Assembly (NCBI GenBank): GCA_001244265.2
Contig: CDLV01000009.1
Coordinates: 434,001 to 498,000 of the forward strand
DNA from: Microbotryum violaceum
Lineage: Eukaryota
DNA length: 64,000 nucleotides
Direction: 5' to 3'
The notes under the pieces were generated by a model. The model saw only the letters and a program-made list of their open reading frames with translations, did not search any database and was not told the DNA's origin. Numbering within the stretch: the stretch's first letter is position 1; the number at the start of each line of letters is the position of its first letter. The translations under genes and the position numbers were made by a program. Below are positions 1 through 12,809 of this stretch, piece by piece.

Positions 1-916
1 GGAAGTGGCTGCGGTTTGACAGTCGGCGGTGGAAATTGAGAGACCTCGAGCGACTGTGAGTGCTGTTACCTGCTAGGTCTCGGATTGTTTGTGATCTTGG
101 TGAGAAGCGCGCCAGATAGTCGAGTCGAGCGCGTCGCAATTCGTCGCACTGACCCGCTGTGAACGCGGCTACGCGGGCAAACAACGACCGGACCGTCTGG
201 CCCGTCGCATCTTCCCAGCCGAATCATTCCTCCCACGTGGGGGGTTGTCATAGTTTTGGAAACTAACAGGAGTAGCTCACAGAACCGGATCTTCTGTACG
301 ACACGCCTCACTACGGTGGTGCATAAAGGAGTCTGGACGACCCGATTATTGGAAAGGGGCTGGTGAGGTCAGAGCGCACAGTCGCCGAGCGCGCGGCGCG
401 GGCCGTCGCGCCGGGCTAGAGAGAAATGATGATTGTTCGTTGCAAAGCGCCACGACTTACGAGAGAGTAGTAGCTCATTACTCTTTCCGACGAGCTGCTT
501 CCCATCTTTTCCGATTCGCACCCCGCTGTTCTTTCGTGGAACTCCTGCTTCTGCCCCGGACTGTCTCGGGTGGTTTTTCCGACTTCTCTAGTACTTTGGC
601 GGGGTCTGATTTTCGAGCGTGGGGTCCAAAGCTGCAGCTCCGTCGTTGCCCGACAACTTTCTGGGGTTCGCGTACCTGCTCCACGGTCCACCTCGGAGAC
701 AACCGCTATACCCACAGCGGTCGCACCCACCTCACCACTCGTGTTGATAGCCGACGGGCTGGGGTGTAGTGTGTCGTGTTTAAGTGTGACTACATACTTT
801 CAGACGAGTGCGCGGCCACGTCTCTCTCAGCTCCACGCCCTCTCGACGACAAGTCCCAGCGTCGCGGCTCGACACTTGCTACGCCCGGCGTGGCCAGCAG
901 CTGCCCGTAGCCCGTC

Positions 917-3899
917 ATGTCCTCCACCTCAGCGACGACCCAGCGCAAGATCGCACCCTCGACTACGCCTTCAAGCGCCATAGCCGCGGCCAATGCAGCC
1001 AAAGCGGCCAAGGAGACGATGCGCTCAGCTAGGGCCTGTGTAGCTTGTCGCAAGCTGTGAGTAGTGGTCGCACGCTCGACTACCATGTGCTCTGGCCCCA
1101 GAGTTGGCGACAGCTCGGGTGCCTCGCCCCACCTCCGCTTTCGGGTACTCGTCCCTTAGCGAACCATCGTGTTGCTCGTACAGGAAAACCAAATGCATTA
1201 CAAACGACAACCCAGACCTGCCCTGCAAGGTGAGCTCGCAGGCGGCAGCGGCAATCCTCGTCTCGAGGAAGGCGTGATTGAGAGGATCCCCACATGAGCT
1301 ATCGCCCCGCGCCCGCTGCGGCCGAACTGATCGCAACGAGCTCTGTACCACAGCGATGCACCGCCAATAACCTTGAATGCGTGTTCGAGGAGATCATGCC
1401 CAGTGTCTCGACTATCAAGTAAGTAGCTCTCGTGGTCATCGTTTGAAACTCGGGGTTCATTCACCCCCTGTGCCGACTCGGGAGAGTCCGAGACCCATCG
1501 ATGACCATCGATGACCTGCGGAGGCGCCCCTGCGCGAGGGCGGAACACCCCGTCATGCCGCAGCAAAACTGATCTTTTCCCTTGCGCGTCCGCTCATTTT
1601 TGAACAGCGCTCGAGTTGAACAACTTGAACGGGAATTTCAAGTCGTCCAGGCCGAGTTGCAACGCCTCCGTCAACTCGAATCCGAGGTCGGCGCAATCAA
1701 GCTCTTAATCCCGAGAGCGTTCGGCATCCCCGGCGCAGGGGATCAAAAATCGCTGGCCATGTCCGGAATGATCCCTTCCCCACCGGCACTTCCAGGGTAT
1801 TTTGCGGGTGGCAACACAAATGGATCTGTTGCCGGATCTACCACCTCCCACGCCGCCTCGAACCCGAGTCCCGTCGGACTGTCGCAGAGTTTGGGCGCTT
1901 CTGTGCGCTCGTTCGGTGGTGAGACGGGAATACGGTCCTCACTGCCCTTGAGAACACCAGCGGACGACCCGGTCGCTTCGACAAACGTTTCCGATGACGA
2001 AGGCGACCGAGACGATGGCGAGGACGAGGACCATTTGCCGCGGTCGGTGTTTGTCGCGCCCGTCGAAACGCTCAATCGATTGGCCGAAGAACAGGCGCAG
2101 GCGCAGAGGCGAGCGGCGGACGGGAGTTGGATCAAGCCTCCAAATCGGAAGAAGCCAAGAAGGGCATACGAACCTGCCACTCCGCCGGACCGTATTCCAG
2201 ACATCATCGATAAGGGTGTGCTGGACGAGATCATGGCGAGAGATCTGCACGCAGTGTCAGTTTTCTCGCTCAGTCAGTGATTAGCGATGCGGAGCACCTG
2301 ACTTTTTGTATTGCGATCTTCATGGGCTCATAGGTACTTCTCGGGATCGCACCGAGTACTCGCTTGCTTCGACCCACGGTACGACACGTACGACTCGATC
2401 CGCAAACGCTCGCCGTTCCTGCTTGCTGCGATTTGCGCTGTCGGTTCCCGAGTCCAGGATGGCGGGGGGGCCATCTCACCGCTCTCGATCCGATTACGGG
2501 CCGAAGTCGAATACCTGGCAAAGGAGACGCTGTTCCACAAGGTTGAAGGGCTGGAAATGATCCAGGCGATGGTCGTCACTTCGGGGTGGTCTTCTGAGGG
2601 TTAGTCTTTGGAGTGCATCGAGGTTTTTGTCTGTAGAGCTAATTGTTGTGGTTACTTCGAGACGACAGGCTTCTTGAGCGGTGGGTTGGCACTTCGTATG
2701 GCTGTTGAGCTCGATGTGCACAAAGTTTTCCGACGCCTCGCGGCGAGGCGAGCGCAACATGCCGATCCGAACGAGGAGCGGTCGCTCGTCGCCGCTGCAC
2801 GTCTCTACGCGTCCCTCTTTGTCCTCGATTTTCAGACCTCCATCGGAGCGGGTCGCCCCCCGATGCTTCGAGCCGAACAGGAGCACAGTCTTACCATGTT
2901 TCGCACGCTCTTGCTCGACCACCCATTGTCGGTCAAGACCGACGCTCGCGTTGTTTCAACCGCTGAGATGCTGATGCATCAAGCGAGAATAACGGACGCG
3001 CTGCGGGAGCAGGACCCGAACAAAGGAGACGCGGCGTTAGATATGTTGCTCAAGGGGAGGAGCGATCTCGAGGGATGGTACAACGAATGGTGCGAGATCA
3101 TGCGGCAACGGCACCCCGAAGAACCGTTCTACCGGCTCTCGCTCGACATTCAGCTGCAATTTGCGACGCTATTCACGTCGACGATCGTGCTGCGAGGGTG
3201 TCAATCGTTCTCGCGGCTGACTCCAGCGATGCTCAGGGTCATCACTATGGCCGTGCACTCCGCCTTCCAAGTTGTACGCATCTGCACCGAGGAGGACGCC
3301 TACGTCCACGGCCTGCGCTTCGCGGTCGATTACACCGTCAGCGTCGTCGCCTTCGCCGGGGCCTTCCTCCTCCGCTTTGCGCGCCTCGTCCCAGCGGTCG
3401 TGGACATGCAACGATGTATCGACGTCGTCGACCGCTTCGCCTCAATACTTCTCGGCACGCCGTATCCTCGCTTCGCCCCGCCCCTTCAAAAGATGCTGAC
3501 CCAAGCTCGTACCCGTCTCGCGACTTCGTCTTTGCATCAACTCGCTTCGACATCCCTCCTCGCCGCCGCTGCGGCCCAAAACCCGAATCAAGCCGGGAGC
3601 AACCACAGCACCAGCTTTGCTACCTTCGATCCCGGCCCTCCATCGGTAGGGAGTGCCGACGACTTTGATTGGAATCGGTTCGTCAATAACGCGTTCAATG
3701 AGACGAGTGGGACACCCATTCAGACCGGTGGATCTCAGGCTTGGGCTTTGGGCTCGGATGGGCAGGATTTGGGCGGTTCGGTGAGTTGCTCTCGCTGACA
3801 CTTTGTTGTCTTTATATCGAGCGCTGATGATTCTTATTTTATTCATTTTTCCACTAGCAGGCCGCAATGTGGAGCTTCGATGTCGGAGGCATCCTGTAG
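917..3899 (+). CDS. Zn(II)2Cys6 fungal transcription factor with fungal-specific TF middle domain (multi-exon)
   Basis: ATG at 917. Spliced exons give CVACRKL-KTKCITNDNPDLPCK-RCTANNLEC (six Cys split by GT-AG introns). A coiled coil (RVEQLEREFQ) follows, then ORFs 1582-2280, 2311-2604 and 2608-3798 with IRKRSPFLLAAICAVGS and LALRMAVELDVH. The last exon 3861-3899 ends in TAG. Confidence 0.9.
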
Positions 3900-4125
3900 C
3901 TTGCTTTGAATCAGTGTGACACCCCTAGTACATGTTGTGATACTCCAAGAGCACTACCGTCAATCGTACCCCAGAACATGAAGAAACAGATTACCACATC
4001 GGATACGGAGTTACGAAAATAAGCGGCTACAGAGAGTGACTACACCCAAACGAAAAAGGAGACGTCCGAAGAACAGCAGAAAACTTAAAAGATGTTTTCG
4101 TTCAGAACCGAAAGGGCACGAGAGT

Positions 4126-6516
4126 CTAAAAAGGCCTCTTTTCCGGGATCGCAATGATGATGATGAGGAAGAGAATGGTGCAGATCGTACCAAAGATAAT
4201 GATCTCCTTCATCTGCTTGTCGTGGAGATCCTGGATCGAAGGGATGAGGCACAAGGTCGGCATTCTTTCATTGGTTGGAACAATGGGTGAAATCCTCTAC
4301 CTCCTCTGGACTCACTTTGATGTAGGGGTCCTCGACGACGCGCTCGGGACCGAACATGGGCACCCGCTTACCATCCTCGGTCTTAAGCGTCGCCCAGAAC
4401 CGACTGCGGAACTGCGCGATCCTCTTCCTCGTCGTCGTCGTATGCCCTTCCTTCTCCTCCGTCATCTGCTTCCCCGAAGGACTCGCCTTCTTCTCCACGG
4501 GCGACTCGGGTTCACCGAACAAGAATGGCAAAGACGCCTCGAGATCGGCTCGTTCCTTCGCAGCTCGAGCAGCGGCAGAGTCCGTGCCGAGTTCCTTGCT
4601 CGCCATGACAAAGGTCGAAGCCACCGTCGGCCTGGCGAATTCGTCGCCGGTCGAGAGCGCTTCTGTCAACTCCCAAGGGTACAATTGGCGAGCCGTTCGA
4701 CTGTGGACCTGAGAGCAAAAATATTTGATGGCCGAATACGTTTGCATCGAGCCTGAGAATGGAGGAAAGGAGAAGAAAAGGATGCTCGTCAGAAACAAGA
4801 GAATTGGCACCGCAGAGCCTCCAGACACACTCACCAAACCAGAAGAAGAAGAAAGCAAAGATACGCCACCACCTCGAGCGAGCAAAGTAGATGATGATGC
4901 ACGCGAACATGACCCCAAGCCCCATATCAAAGATTCCAACACCGGTCCAGAACAAACGCTTGGGCGTGTTGGTGTTGCCCTTGGCCCATTGAAGGTAATG
5001 GGGCAAGGAGCGCTCCATGAGCGTGTAGACGTGATCGGCGGCTTCCTTGAAGACCTCGGGGTGCGTCGTAATAGGCTCGCTTTTGGTACCGTCCTCAGAG
5101 ACGGGTTGTAGAGACTTGAGCACATGCTTGCGCAAGCGGGCGTCAATGTTGAGTTCCTAGAGAGAGGTAAAGGCCACATGTCAGCTCGTGCCTTCCTGCC
5201 CGTTTGACATTGCGCAAATTAAGATAGCTCGGACCAACCTTGCTTGCTCCCGGCAGGAAAAAGGTCGAGCGGATGAGCTTGATCTCCTCCAAGAACGGCA
5301 ATGGCGTGTCGATTGGCAACTCCTTCCGAGAGCGAATCGACATCAACGGAGCCAGATTGGCAAATCGAAGTCCGAAGCGTTGCTTCGCCTTCTCCGTATT
5401 GACCGACGAAGCGTCCGAAAAGCCTCCGGTTTGCGTTCGCTCGAGGTTCTTGTTGTGGATGCTGTTGGTGGTTGGGAACGTGCTCGCTTCGGCAAAGTTG
5501 GGCATGTCCGGGGCGATGGCTGAATGCAACGACAGGTTGTCGTCATCCTCCGAGGCCTTGGTTGCCGAGGGCTTCTCTCCGATACCGTTCATTTCCACAA
5601 TCGCGGCGTCGCCATTTCCTTCGGCAATCTTGGCCGACTCGCTAAAGTACTCGGACGAGTTCGCATTCGCAGCGATGTTGCCCTCGAGTGAGCGCACGGA
5701 TCGACCCGAGATGGAACGAGCCCGGCCTCGGAGCTTCTCCCACCAACCATCCTTCTCGTTAATGGACTGCGCCGTACGGATCGAGCCCGCGGGGGTGCTG
5801 AAATGGGTGTAGCGCTCGGCGGGGGGTTCGGAGAGCGCTTGGTATTCGGGCGGCAACGCGTTGAAGCGCTCGCAGTACGAGCGATACCAGACGACGAACT
5901 GGAGGCTGCGAGAAATGCGAGGAGGATCCCACTTGGTCAGCTTTGATTCTCCCTCCCACTTGGTGTTAGAAATCTGACGCGATCTGTGCAGGGCCGCACT
6001 GCCCCACGGTCACATAGACGGGACCGACGTCACTGAGCGTAGCCATGCACCGTGGAGTGGTCATGCATGGGCCGGCTGATGACCGTCGCGCCACTTCAAC
6101 GAACAGGCTCGCCGAGGGATCTTACTTTTCGACGGAACGTTCCTCCTGCGGGCAAGGACAAACAAGTGGTGCATAATCCGGTTCAGTGATCTCGAGTCGG
6201 TACTCTTGAAAAGAGGGCCGAGTCATCGACCTACATGAATGAGAAAGCCCTCAAACTCCTTGAGGGTCAACGGGGAGCAGCGTGTGCCACCGATGATTTC
6301 TTCCAGCGTTACACCGTTACGCTGCTCGTTCGTAGGGACGGCTGCAGCAAGGAGATCATTTACAACATCAGTGTACGGGTCGTCACGCTCGGGTTGGTGA
6401 GAAGGTCCTAGCCACAACTAACGAGCTTGGAACATTGCTCCGCCGGACTCCGTCGTGACCTCTTCAACAGGAACCCTGACTTCACCGACGTCATTGGATT
6501 CGACGTTCGTTGCCAT
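4126..6516 (-). CDS. RGS-domain membrane protein (Rax1-like architecture), multi-exon
   Basis: TLEEIIGGTRCSPLTLKEFEGFLIHV ... SLQFVVWYRSYCERF ... STFFLPGASK-ELN ... HPEVFKEAADHVYTLME form a split RGS fold. Hydrophobic segments follow (LFWTGVGIFDMGLGVMFACIII; IIIFGTICTILFLIIIIAIP). ATG at 6516, TAG at 4126-4128. Confidence 0.75.
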
Positions 6517-6773
6517 CGAATATTACGTTGATGATTGTAAAACGGCGCGTCGAGTAAATCAAGCTGCAAATGTGAGTGGATATGGGTACAGAGCCGCCAA
6601 ACAACAACTCGGGGGACTTGGGAAGGGGAGGTGGGTCTCTGAGGAAGCAGAGATCTGAGACCTGACGCGCAAGTTCCCAATGCGGACAGAGCCTGTCCGA
6701 TCACGGTTCGGCGCGGGCCGAATGCTTGTTTTAATTACGAACCGCCGTCGGCCGACTTGATCGGCTGAAAACT

Positions 6774-9009
6774 TTGTGATGAGTAAAGGTGCCGCTTGGG
6801 CCTCCTCCATGTTGGTCTATGCGTCTGCTGTTGCTCCACCCACATTTCTCTGGCAACGTAGTTGGCGGTGTCGGCTATGCCACTCGTTGCTGATTTATAA
6901 GTCGACATATTTCCCGGCCGATCTCAAGCAAGATACAAAGACTTTCAAGCGAGCTTCGACCTCTTCTTCGGGAAATATGCGTGAGCACAGAGTCCGCGTA
7001 CTGTGGACCGCTCGGACGAGAGCGCGCGGGCCGAACAGCTTCGATCACGTGATCAGCCATTGCAAACCCTCAGGTCAAGTACATCTCCTCTCGATCCAAT
7101 CAACCACATCCTTGTCCAGCGTCTCCCAATGCGACGCTGTTGCAAAATGAGGACCCCCTTGAATGACGAGGAGTTCGCTGTTGTCCGTTCCGATCGCCGA
7201 GCAAGTTCGTTCGTGATAATTGCGCTCGAATGGGTACTGCAGTCATAGCTAAATATGAGCCCGTAGTAAAATGAATGACGAAATGAAAGGACTAGCTGAC
7301 TCACAGCATTGTCATCCGTCCCGTGCACGACTAGCACGTTCGTCTTGCCGAGCGGACTGGGTCGACTCGCGAGCCGACCGATCAAGCCTCTTCGATGGTT
7401 CAGACAGCGATGGTTCATCTGTGCGAGAGATCGGGCCTAGTACCACGAAAAGGTCCTAAAATGGATCGCACATTCATCTACTGACTTTCATCGTCTCCCC
7501 GGCTTGCTTCCCTTCCAAGATGCCATCGTCATTCACGAGCGTTGCCTTGAGCGCATCCGCGATAACTTTTGTCCCCTGTTCCCTTGCCACAGCAAACAAA
7601 GGCTCCTCTGACTCGGTATATCCAGCTTTGCCCATGTTCGTGGCAAACTCGTCGATTAGTTGTGCGACTTGTTCGGGGGAAGTCGTGGCTCGGCATTTGG
7701 TCGCAAAGTCTTCGCCGTCCTGGGTATAGTCGACGACGAAGTCTGTGACGCCCATACCACAGAATCCAATATAAGGCTGAATATATGGCAACATGTCCAA
7801 ACGGGTTTTAGATGCGCACCTTCGCTCTCTTCCTCGGCACAGGTCCCAACGATGACGACGCCGACAATTCTTCGCTCCTTTCCCTCCTTGGTCACTCGTT
7901 CATGATCCCTCATGCCCAACCTCAAACCCGTATGAGCTCCCCCCATCGAATCACCATACGAAACGGCCTTCACCTCTCTTCCAAGCTCCTTTGATACATC
8001 GTCAAGAATATGCAAGATTGCTTCGGCCGCGAGATCAAAGGACCAGGCTGACCCCGCTGGAGAAGTGCGCGATTGGGCGAACCCGGGGGCGTCGACGGCG
8101 ATCTTGTGATAAGGTGCCAAAAGAGGGTTCTTGATTTGGGGTTGCCAGTATTCTCGGGAGGCGTTGAAGTCTGTTCCGTCGCAGAGAGGCAGAAGGGGAG
8201 ACGTGTCAGTGCCCGGGGGTTACGTTCCAGATCGGGCCCGCGGATTAGCTGATGGGTCGCTTTGCAGAACAAGAAGTATGGTATGCACCCCGGGATATAC
8301 CCTGAGTCATATTTCAAGTAGAAATGGACTCACGATGCAGCAGAACTAAGAAAGGCAGCTCCTTGCCTCCCTCCGACTTGACCGTAGGTTCATGGTGGGT
8401 GTACGAGATCGTATAGTCCTTGGTAGAAGACGTGAACGTTGGGTCTCGCTTGCTGATATCAAAGCTGACTGTTACGCTCTTCTCTGTCATGATGTCTCGT
8501 GAGCGCGGATATAAATTGAGAGAGCGAAAGGGAGAGCATCGATCGTGCCGATCGCTCGAACCGAAGAGCGCCGGCACTGCATACAATCGGCTTCACTGCA
8601 GCTTTCTTCCGTTCATAAAAATCATGCGCCAGACGGAAGAGGGGACGGTTTTGTTACTTTGAAGTCCCACTATTACGACTGCCAGTGCACAGACTCTATG
8701 ACTGCCTTTCTGTGTTCGTGTGCTATGATTGGAACGCAGTCGATTTTGCATCGATGGGTCCGTGCGGCGACGCGTTACGTCATGAGCCCGAGTGAGCAGT
8801 GCAGCGCGTCGCGTGGAGCCCAAGGTCCAACATTCTCAATTCTCAAGGTCGTTTCTATTTAACCACCCGGTACGAGTGCCAGTAATATGAAGGTATACTG
8901 AAGACACTGACAAAAATGTGAATCATACAGACACCAGGTGCGAGAAGAAATAATCAGTTCGGTTCAGGGGGCACTATGGCGCTTGGGCCCTTGTTTTCAG
9001 GGTTACGGT
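6774..9009. repeat. Left half of duplicated host cassette, copy 1 (hydrolase + part of shared promoter)
   Basis: Near-identical to 34210-36441 and 45670-47902. Identity starts at TTGTGATGAGTAAAGG and stops after CAGGGTTACGGT. Confidence 0.95.
7075..8490 (-). CDS. Alpha/beta-hydrolase, copy 1 (apparently intact)
   Basis: LVLLH, AVDAPGFAQS, nucleophile elbow GDSMGG, VVHGTDD (acid) and GGPHF (His), joined across GT-AG introns. TGA at 7075-7077. Confidence 0.85.
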
Positions 9010-9169
9010 CCGTCTTAGCCCAGAAAGCAAGATTGGGAACTCACTCTACAGTATCTGCTTTTGCGAGTCAGTCGCAAGTATTGACCCTCCAAGCGTGGGG
9101 TAGGTATGCTTTTATTTATAGACTTCAAAAGAACGCTCCTTGAATCAATTCGAAACTCTCCTGCATGCT

Positions 9170-11443
9170 AGCTGGGCCGGGGGGACATTCAAAGATTCAA
9201 AGGACCGAATTCGAAATGGCCGTGCAGGGTCTGCACCATCAAGGGCATCACAGGGCCCAAAGGCCGGAAGAACTATTACCCACTGAAAAACGTCACTGGA
9301 GTACCACCCGATCCCGATCGACCAGATCTTCAGGTCGATGATCTGCCGATGCGATCGGAAGAGTCCATCCGCAAAATTGCCTGGGAAGTCACTACGGGCC
9401 GCGCACGACTGTTCAAGGACCCGGACATGGGAATGAACGGCCTCGCCCGCATAGCTTTCATTCCTGGATTCACAAAGACGGAGCGTTGGACTTCATGCAT
9501 GCAGCGTTCGAGAACATTGCCAAGCGACTTGTCAACCTATGGCACCCCTCAAAAGAAGATACCGCTGCTCGAGTCGCGCAGGGCTTGGAACCTGATCCCT
9601 GGGTCATTGGCGATAAAGTCTGGGAGGAAATCGGGCTCGAGATGAAGGCTTGTGCGGCAACGGCCCCGTACCAATTTTTTCGAGCCATGCCCAATATTGC
9701 TCGGACCCAATCTCAGATGGCCGCCGAGGACTGGTCGAACTGGATCTTGTTCGTTGGCCCTAGCGTTCTCTATGGTCGTCTCCCGGCCATTTACTTCGAG
9801 CACTTCAAACATCTTTCAAGTTGGGTCAGCGCGTGCATGGCGCTGGAGATCCAGAAAGCCGATGTCCTGTCCGGAGGCAAGCTCCGGGGCGAGATCAACG
9901 AGTGGTACCTGGAAAATTTGAAAGGTGAGCAGGCGGAGCAGATTTCTATGCCACCGAACCAGTCGAGCCCTTTCTGAGCTGCTCAAGGTCTTATATGACA
10001 GGCTTTACTACAACGGACGGCCGGCTCATCTGAAGATATTTCCGTATTCCTCTCATGCCGTCCTGCACATTGCGGATTTTATTTTGTGGCATGGTCCACC
10101 ATGTTCGACTTGGTGCTTCGTGATCGAGCGATACAATCAACACGTCAAGAGAACAATCAACACGTCAAGAGACAATCAACACGTCAAGAGAAACACGTCA
10201 AGAGACTGACTTCTACCAGGAAATTACCCTACTCCGCTATCATGCGTGGTAAGTGACCTCTCCCGCTGGTTGAGCAGATGCGAACTCGCCGAGGCTGATG
10301 AATTCAATCTTTCTCACAAATGGACGTGCGGTAGGCATCATGGTGGATAACGCAATGAAGTCAATCGCTGCGTGGTACCCGGCAGTGTTCTATCCCGCTT
10401 CCAAGAGGAAAGTACCCTCTGGGAACAAATTGGAGCAACCTGGCCCCCAGGTCGAACAGTCACTTGGTGACGGGCAGGCTGAGCCTGAGGCGGTGGAAGG
10501 CTGCGAGCTTATCGGCGCCAAAACAATTCAGGAAGAGAAACTGAGTGTGCATGTCAAGAAGCTTCTGATCACCTACATCAATTGTACATATGCCGTTGAG
10601 CCCAACGAAAGGACGGTATGTACCAAATTCTTGTCTGAAGGGCTTCTCATCAGGTGCTTTCATAATGGCATTCTCATTGATATGATGGCCCATGTCACAG
10701 CTCGCCGCGGCCAGAAAACTGCTACCAAAGGAGTTGACGATTGCCTACACTGCCATATTGAATGGAAGCCGGATCGTCGGATCTAGCCAACCGTCGCCCC
10801 GGGGCCCATCTCGCCGAGAGGCTTTCACGGTGCGCACTACCAGGCGCGATTGCTCGTGGATATCGGTTAGTGGATCGTCAGGATCATCAGGAAACTCGTT
10901 GCGATTGCTGAGCTGTGTGCCCCGCTTGCCCCGGGTAGTATACTCTCTTTGTGGACGAAGATGCGCGTCGCAGTCGCAATCGCAGTCGGCCATTCGTTGG
11001 GGTCGAGCACAAATTTTACGGAGAAGCACTGGAGTTTTATCGGTTCAATCTAGCGCACCCGGTGCATGGAGAAACAGAGGTAAATATGCTTCCCCGTCTC
11101 GCCCGAAACATGACTTTGGCTGACCAGCGTGCCCGACTCCAAACTTACAATTCTTGGGAATCAGCACACCGTCGTTGTGGTGCGGCAGGCGGTCGGCTTG
11201 GTCGCGGTCGGACCGGAAAATGCCCAGCACTTCCACAACATTTACCGCTACAAAAAACAAGGTCCACTGGAGGCAGTGCCTGTTCAACAGGTGCTGACAG
11301 TCGCTGGCCGACTGCACCGAAAGCTAGATTCTAGTTTCACGACCGGTGCGGACGTCGGGCCCGCCAACGTTTGGTACTTCTGCTTTGATCGACCGATTGG
11401 CATCGCACAAGCCGTGTTTGACGACGGTGATGATAGCATGTGA
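9170..11443 (+). pseudogene. CACTA/EnSpm-type (Transposase_21/tnp2, DUF4218-like) transposase remnant, 5'-truncated and frameshifted
   Basis: GDIQRFKGPNSKWPCRVCTIKG; DFMHAAFENIAKRLVNLW; AEDWSNWILFVGPSVLYGRLPAIYFEHF; HAVLHIADFILWHGPPCSTWCFVIERYN. Possible right terminus ...CTTTGTGTG at 11819. Confidence 0.75.
10133..10205 (+). repeat. Tandem repeat, ~19-20-bp unit ACAATCAACACGTCAAGAG(A), about 3.7 copies
   Basis: Read directly; it disrupts the transposase frame just after the ERYN motif. Confidence 0.9.
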
Positions 11444-12690
11444 CATCATTGCGGTTGTCTTTTAACAATGTAATATAATGAAGACGTTTGAATCACCCAA
11501 AGGTGTACATAATCTCAACACTGGCAGACACGATGGTTTTATGACAATTGTGAGGGAAAATGATCGCCGTCTTGGGTAAAAAACCCTCTGGTCTCATAAA
11601 ACCTCGATCGGACCTCGCGGGGGTTTTACGACAGCGGCGGGGAAAACGGCGGCGCGTCTTAAAACCCGACATGCGCGGCTGGGTTTTGTGGCGCTCGTGA
11701 TTGGCACAACGGGGTAAAACTGCCCCAATCGCAGGAAATACCCTCCCGCGCGTGCCTCAAGTGGCGGGTACCTTGCGAAGTTCCCAAAATGTCGCAATTG
11801 CACCTCCTTTCTTTGTGTGATTTGTGTGATTAGTTGATGAAGCACCCTCTGGCAGCAAAAACGTCTGAAGGCCTCAGCTCCGAGTCCTAAATTGGCCCGT
11901 CGGCAAGCCGTGCCGCCTCACCGGCAAAAACATGGGCATTGAGCCGAATACGATTTGAATCAACGCGCCGCCGAAGGGGGCGACCGGTCCCTGAACCTCT
12001 GACGGAGTAGTAACACCGACTGACAGGGTCAGCTAGTTTTACTAAGAACCTGCCATGGATCGGGTATGCAGCACCGAGTTCCCGAGTCAGCCTGTTCGCT
12101 CATATGAATGGGGCGTGTAAATGGGCCAAACGTTAATGAACATTGCAGACAACGAGATCGAGCCAGAGCCGGGGTGTAACTGCATCAGTTAAGATCACTC
12201 GACATCGCCCATGTTACAGTCCGCGTCTGGACGAGTTTGTGTTCGCATGTGGTCGTCAGCGCCGGGGACCCACATCGCGCGATCACCGAAGTCAGCTGTA
12301 GCAGTGGTCTCAGTTGACGTTGAGAGATCGGGACTACCGGGAGCGACTTGGGCGCGAGACAGCCTGGCTAGGCGTGGTGAATGTGTCCACTGCTGAGGGA
12401 CATGATGGGAATCAAATGGCATGGAGTGTCAGTATTCCCCCACAGATCTTTCACAGTGGGAAAAGCGTTGCAACCCCATAGCAAGAAAGGCCAAAAAGAG
12501 GCGACCGTTTAGACCGGTGTCGCACCTGGCCGGGAGGTTCGCCATGGTTCGGCACGCGCGCGCGAAGTTTTTCACGGTGTGGGACCTCGAGGAGCGTCCA
12601 TGACGGTGTGGGCGCTTGAGGTGAGGCTGGTTACCGTGCATTCACTCGGTCCAAAGGTGGCAACTTGGTGCTCAGGTTTTTCGGATTGTG

Positions 12691-12809
12691 CCGAGGTTCT
12701 CCAACTTCAGTATGAGGTTCTCCAACTTCGGCGTCAGGTTCTACAACCTCGGTGGTAGGTTCGGTAACTTCGGCGTCAACTTCTCCAACTCCTTGCCGAG
12801 GTTGCCAAT
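12691..12809 (+). repeat. Degenerate ~21-bp subterminal tandem array (AGGTTCTCCAACTTCGGCGTC-like)
   Basis: Periodic AGGTTC..CAAC(T/C)TC units just inside the left TIR. Confidence 0.8.

Noticed and set aside
6408-6420. In-frame TAG near the start of the RGS gene as a nonsense or readthrough codon
   Set aside because: It lies in a plausible intron (GTTAGT...CTGAT...TGCAG) whose removal keeps the frame.
11850-12470. Possible solo LTR or other element
   Set aside because: No termini, TSD or second copy could be identified in the window.
12691-12809. Periodic ~21-bp units as a CRISPR-like array
   Set aside because: Eukaryotic context, degenerate units with no unique spacers, and position just inside a TIR.
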